This document shows positions 64,000-64,000 of a stretch of DNA of 64,000 nt, in pieces. The notes under the pieces are model-generated. The model saw nothing but the letters and a program-made list of their open reading frames with translations. It was not told the DNA's origin and did not search any database. Source of the DNA: Vicugna vicugna (lineage: Eukaryota); contig MU058213.1 in assembly GCA_013265495.1 (NCBI GenBank), forward strand, positions 7,394,066 to 7,458,065, given 5' to 3'. The translations under genes were made by a program, and so were the position numbers. Every line of letters begins with the position of its first letter. Within the stretch, counting starts at the first letter, position 1.

Positions 64000-64000
64000 A

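Larger units (their letters stand above)
24897..64000 (-). other. RORA: RORA intron 1 (3' part)
   Basis: Upstream of exon 2 on the minus strand. No RORA exon 1 (MESAPAAP...) or large CpG island was seen; RORA intron 1 is known to be very long. Confidence 0.8.

Noticed and set aside
1..64000. CRISPR arrays, operons or other prokaryote-type systems
   Set aside because: The sequence is eutherian intronic DNA; no repeat-spacer arrays or gene-dense ORF blocks are present

Overview
This is mammalian (eutherian) genomic DNA, most likely camelid, judged from a tRNA-derived Vic-1-type SINE and camelid-like L1 3' ends. The only protein-coding sequence I can support is a 30-nt minus-strand exon (24867-24896) with canonical splice sites, encoding (G)ISVTKKTHT(S). 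I recognise it as exon 2 of RORA (ROR-alpha1 N-terminal region, just before QIEIIPCK and the DNA-binding domain). It is too short to appear in the ORF track. The window therefore lies inside RORA, with intron 1 to the right of the exon and intron 2 to the left. The rest is intronic sequence containing MIR, L2 and L1 fragments, five solo LTRs, DNA-transposon fossils (MER53, Tigger2-derived, MER5A), microsatellites and candidate regulatory motifs. No listed ORF looks like a real gene; the recognisable ones are L1 ORF2 remnants. I found no convincing new biological system; the findings are modest, testable regulatory, splicing and transposon observations. Repeat family names and boundaries come from recalled consensus sequences and are approximate.
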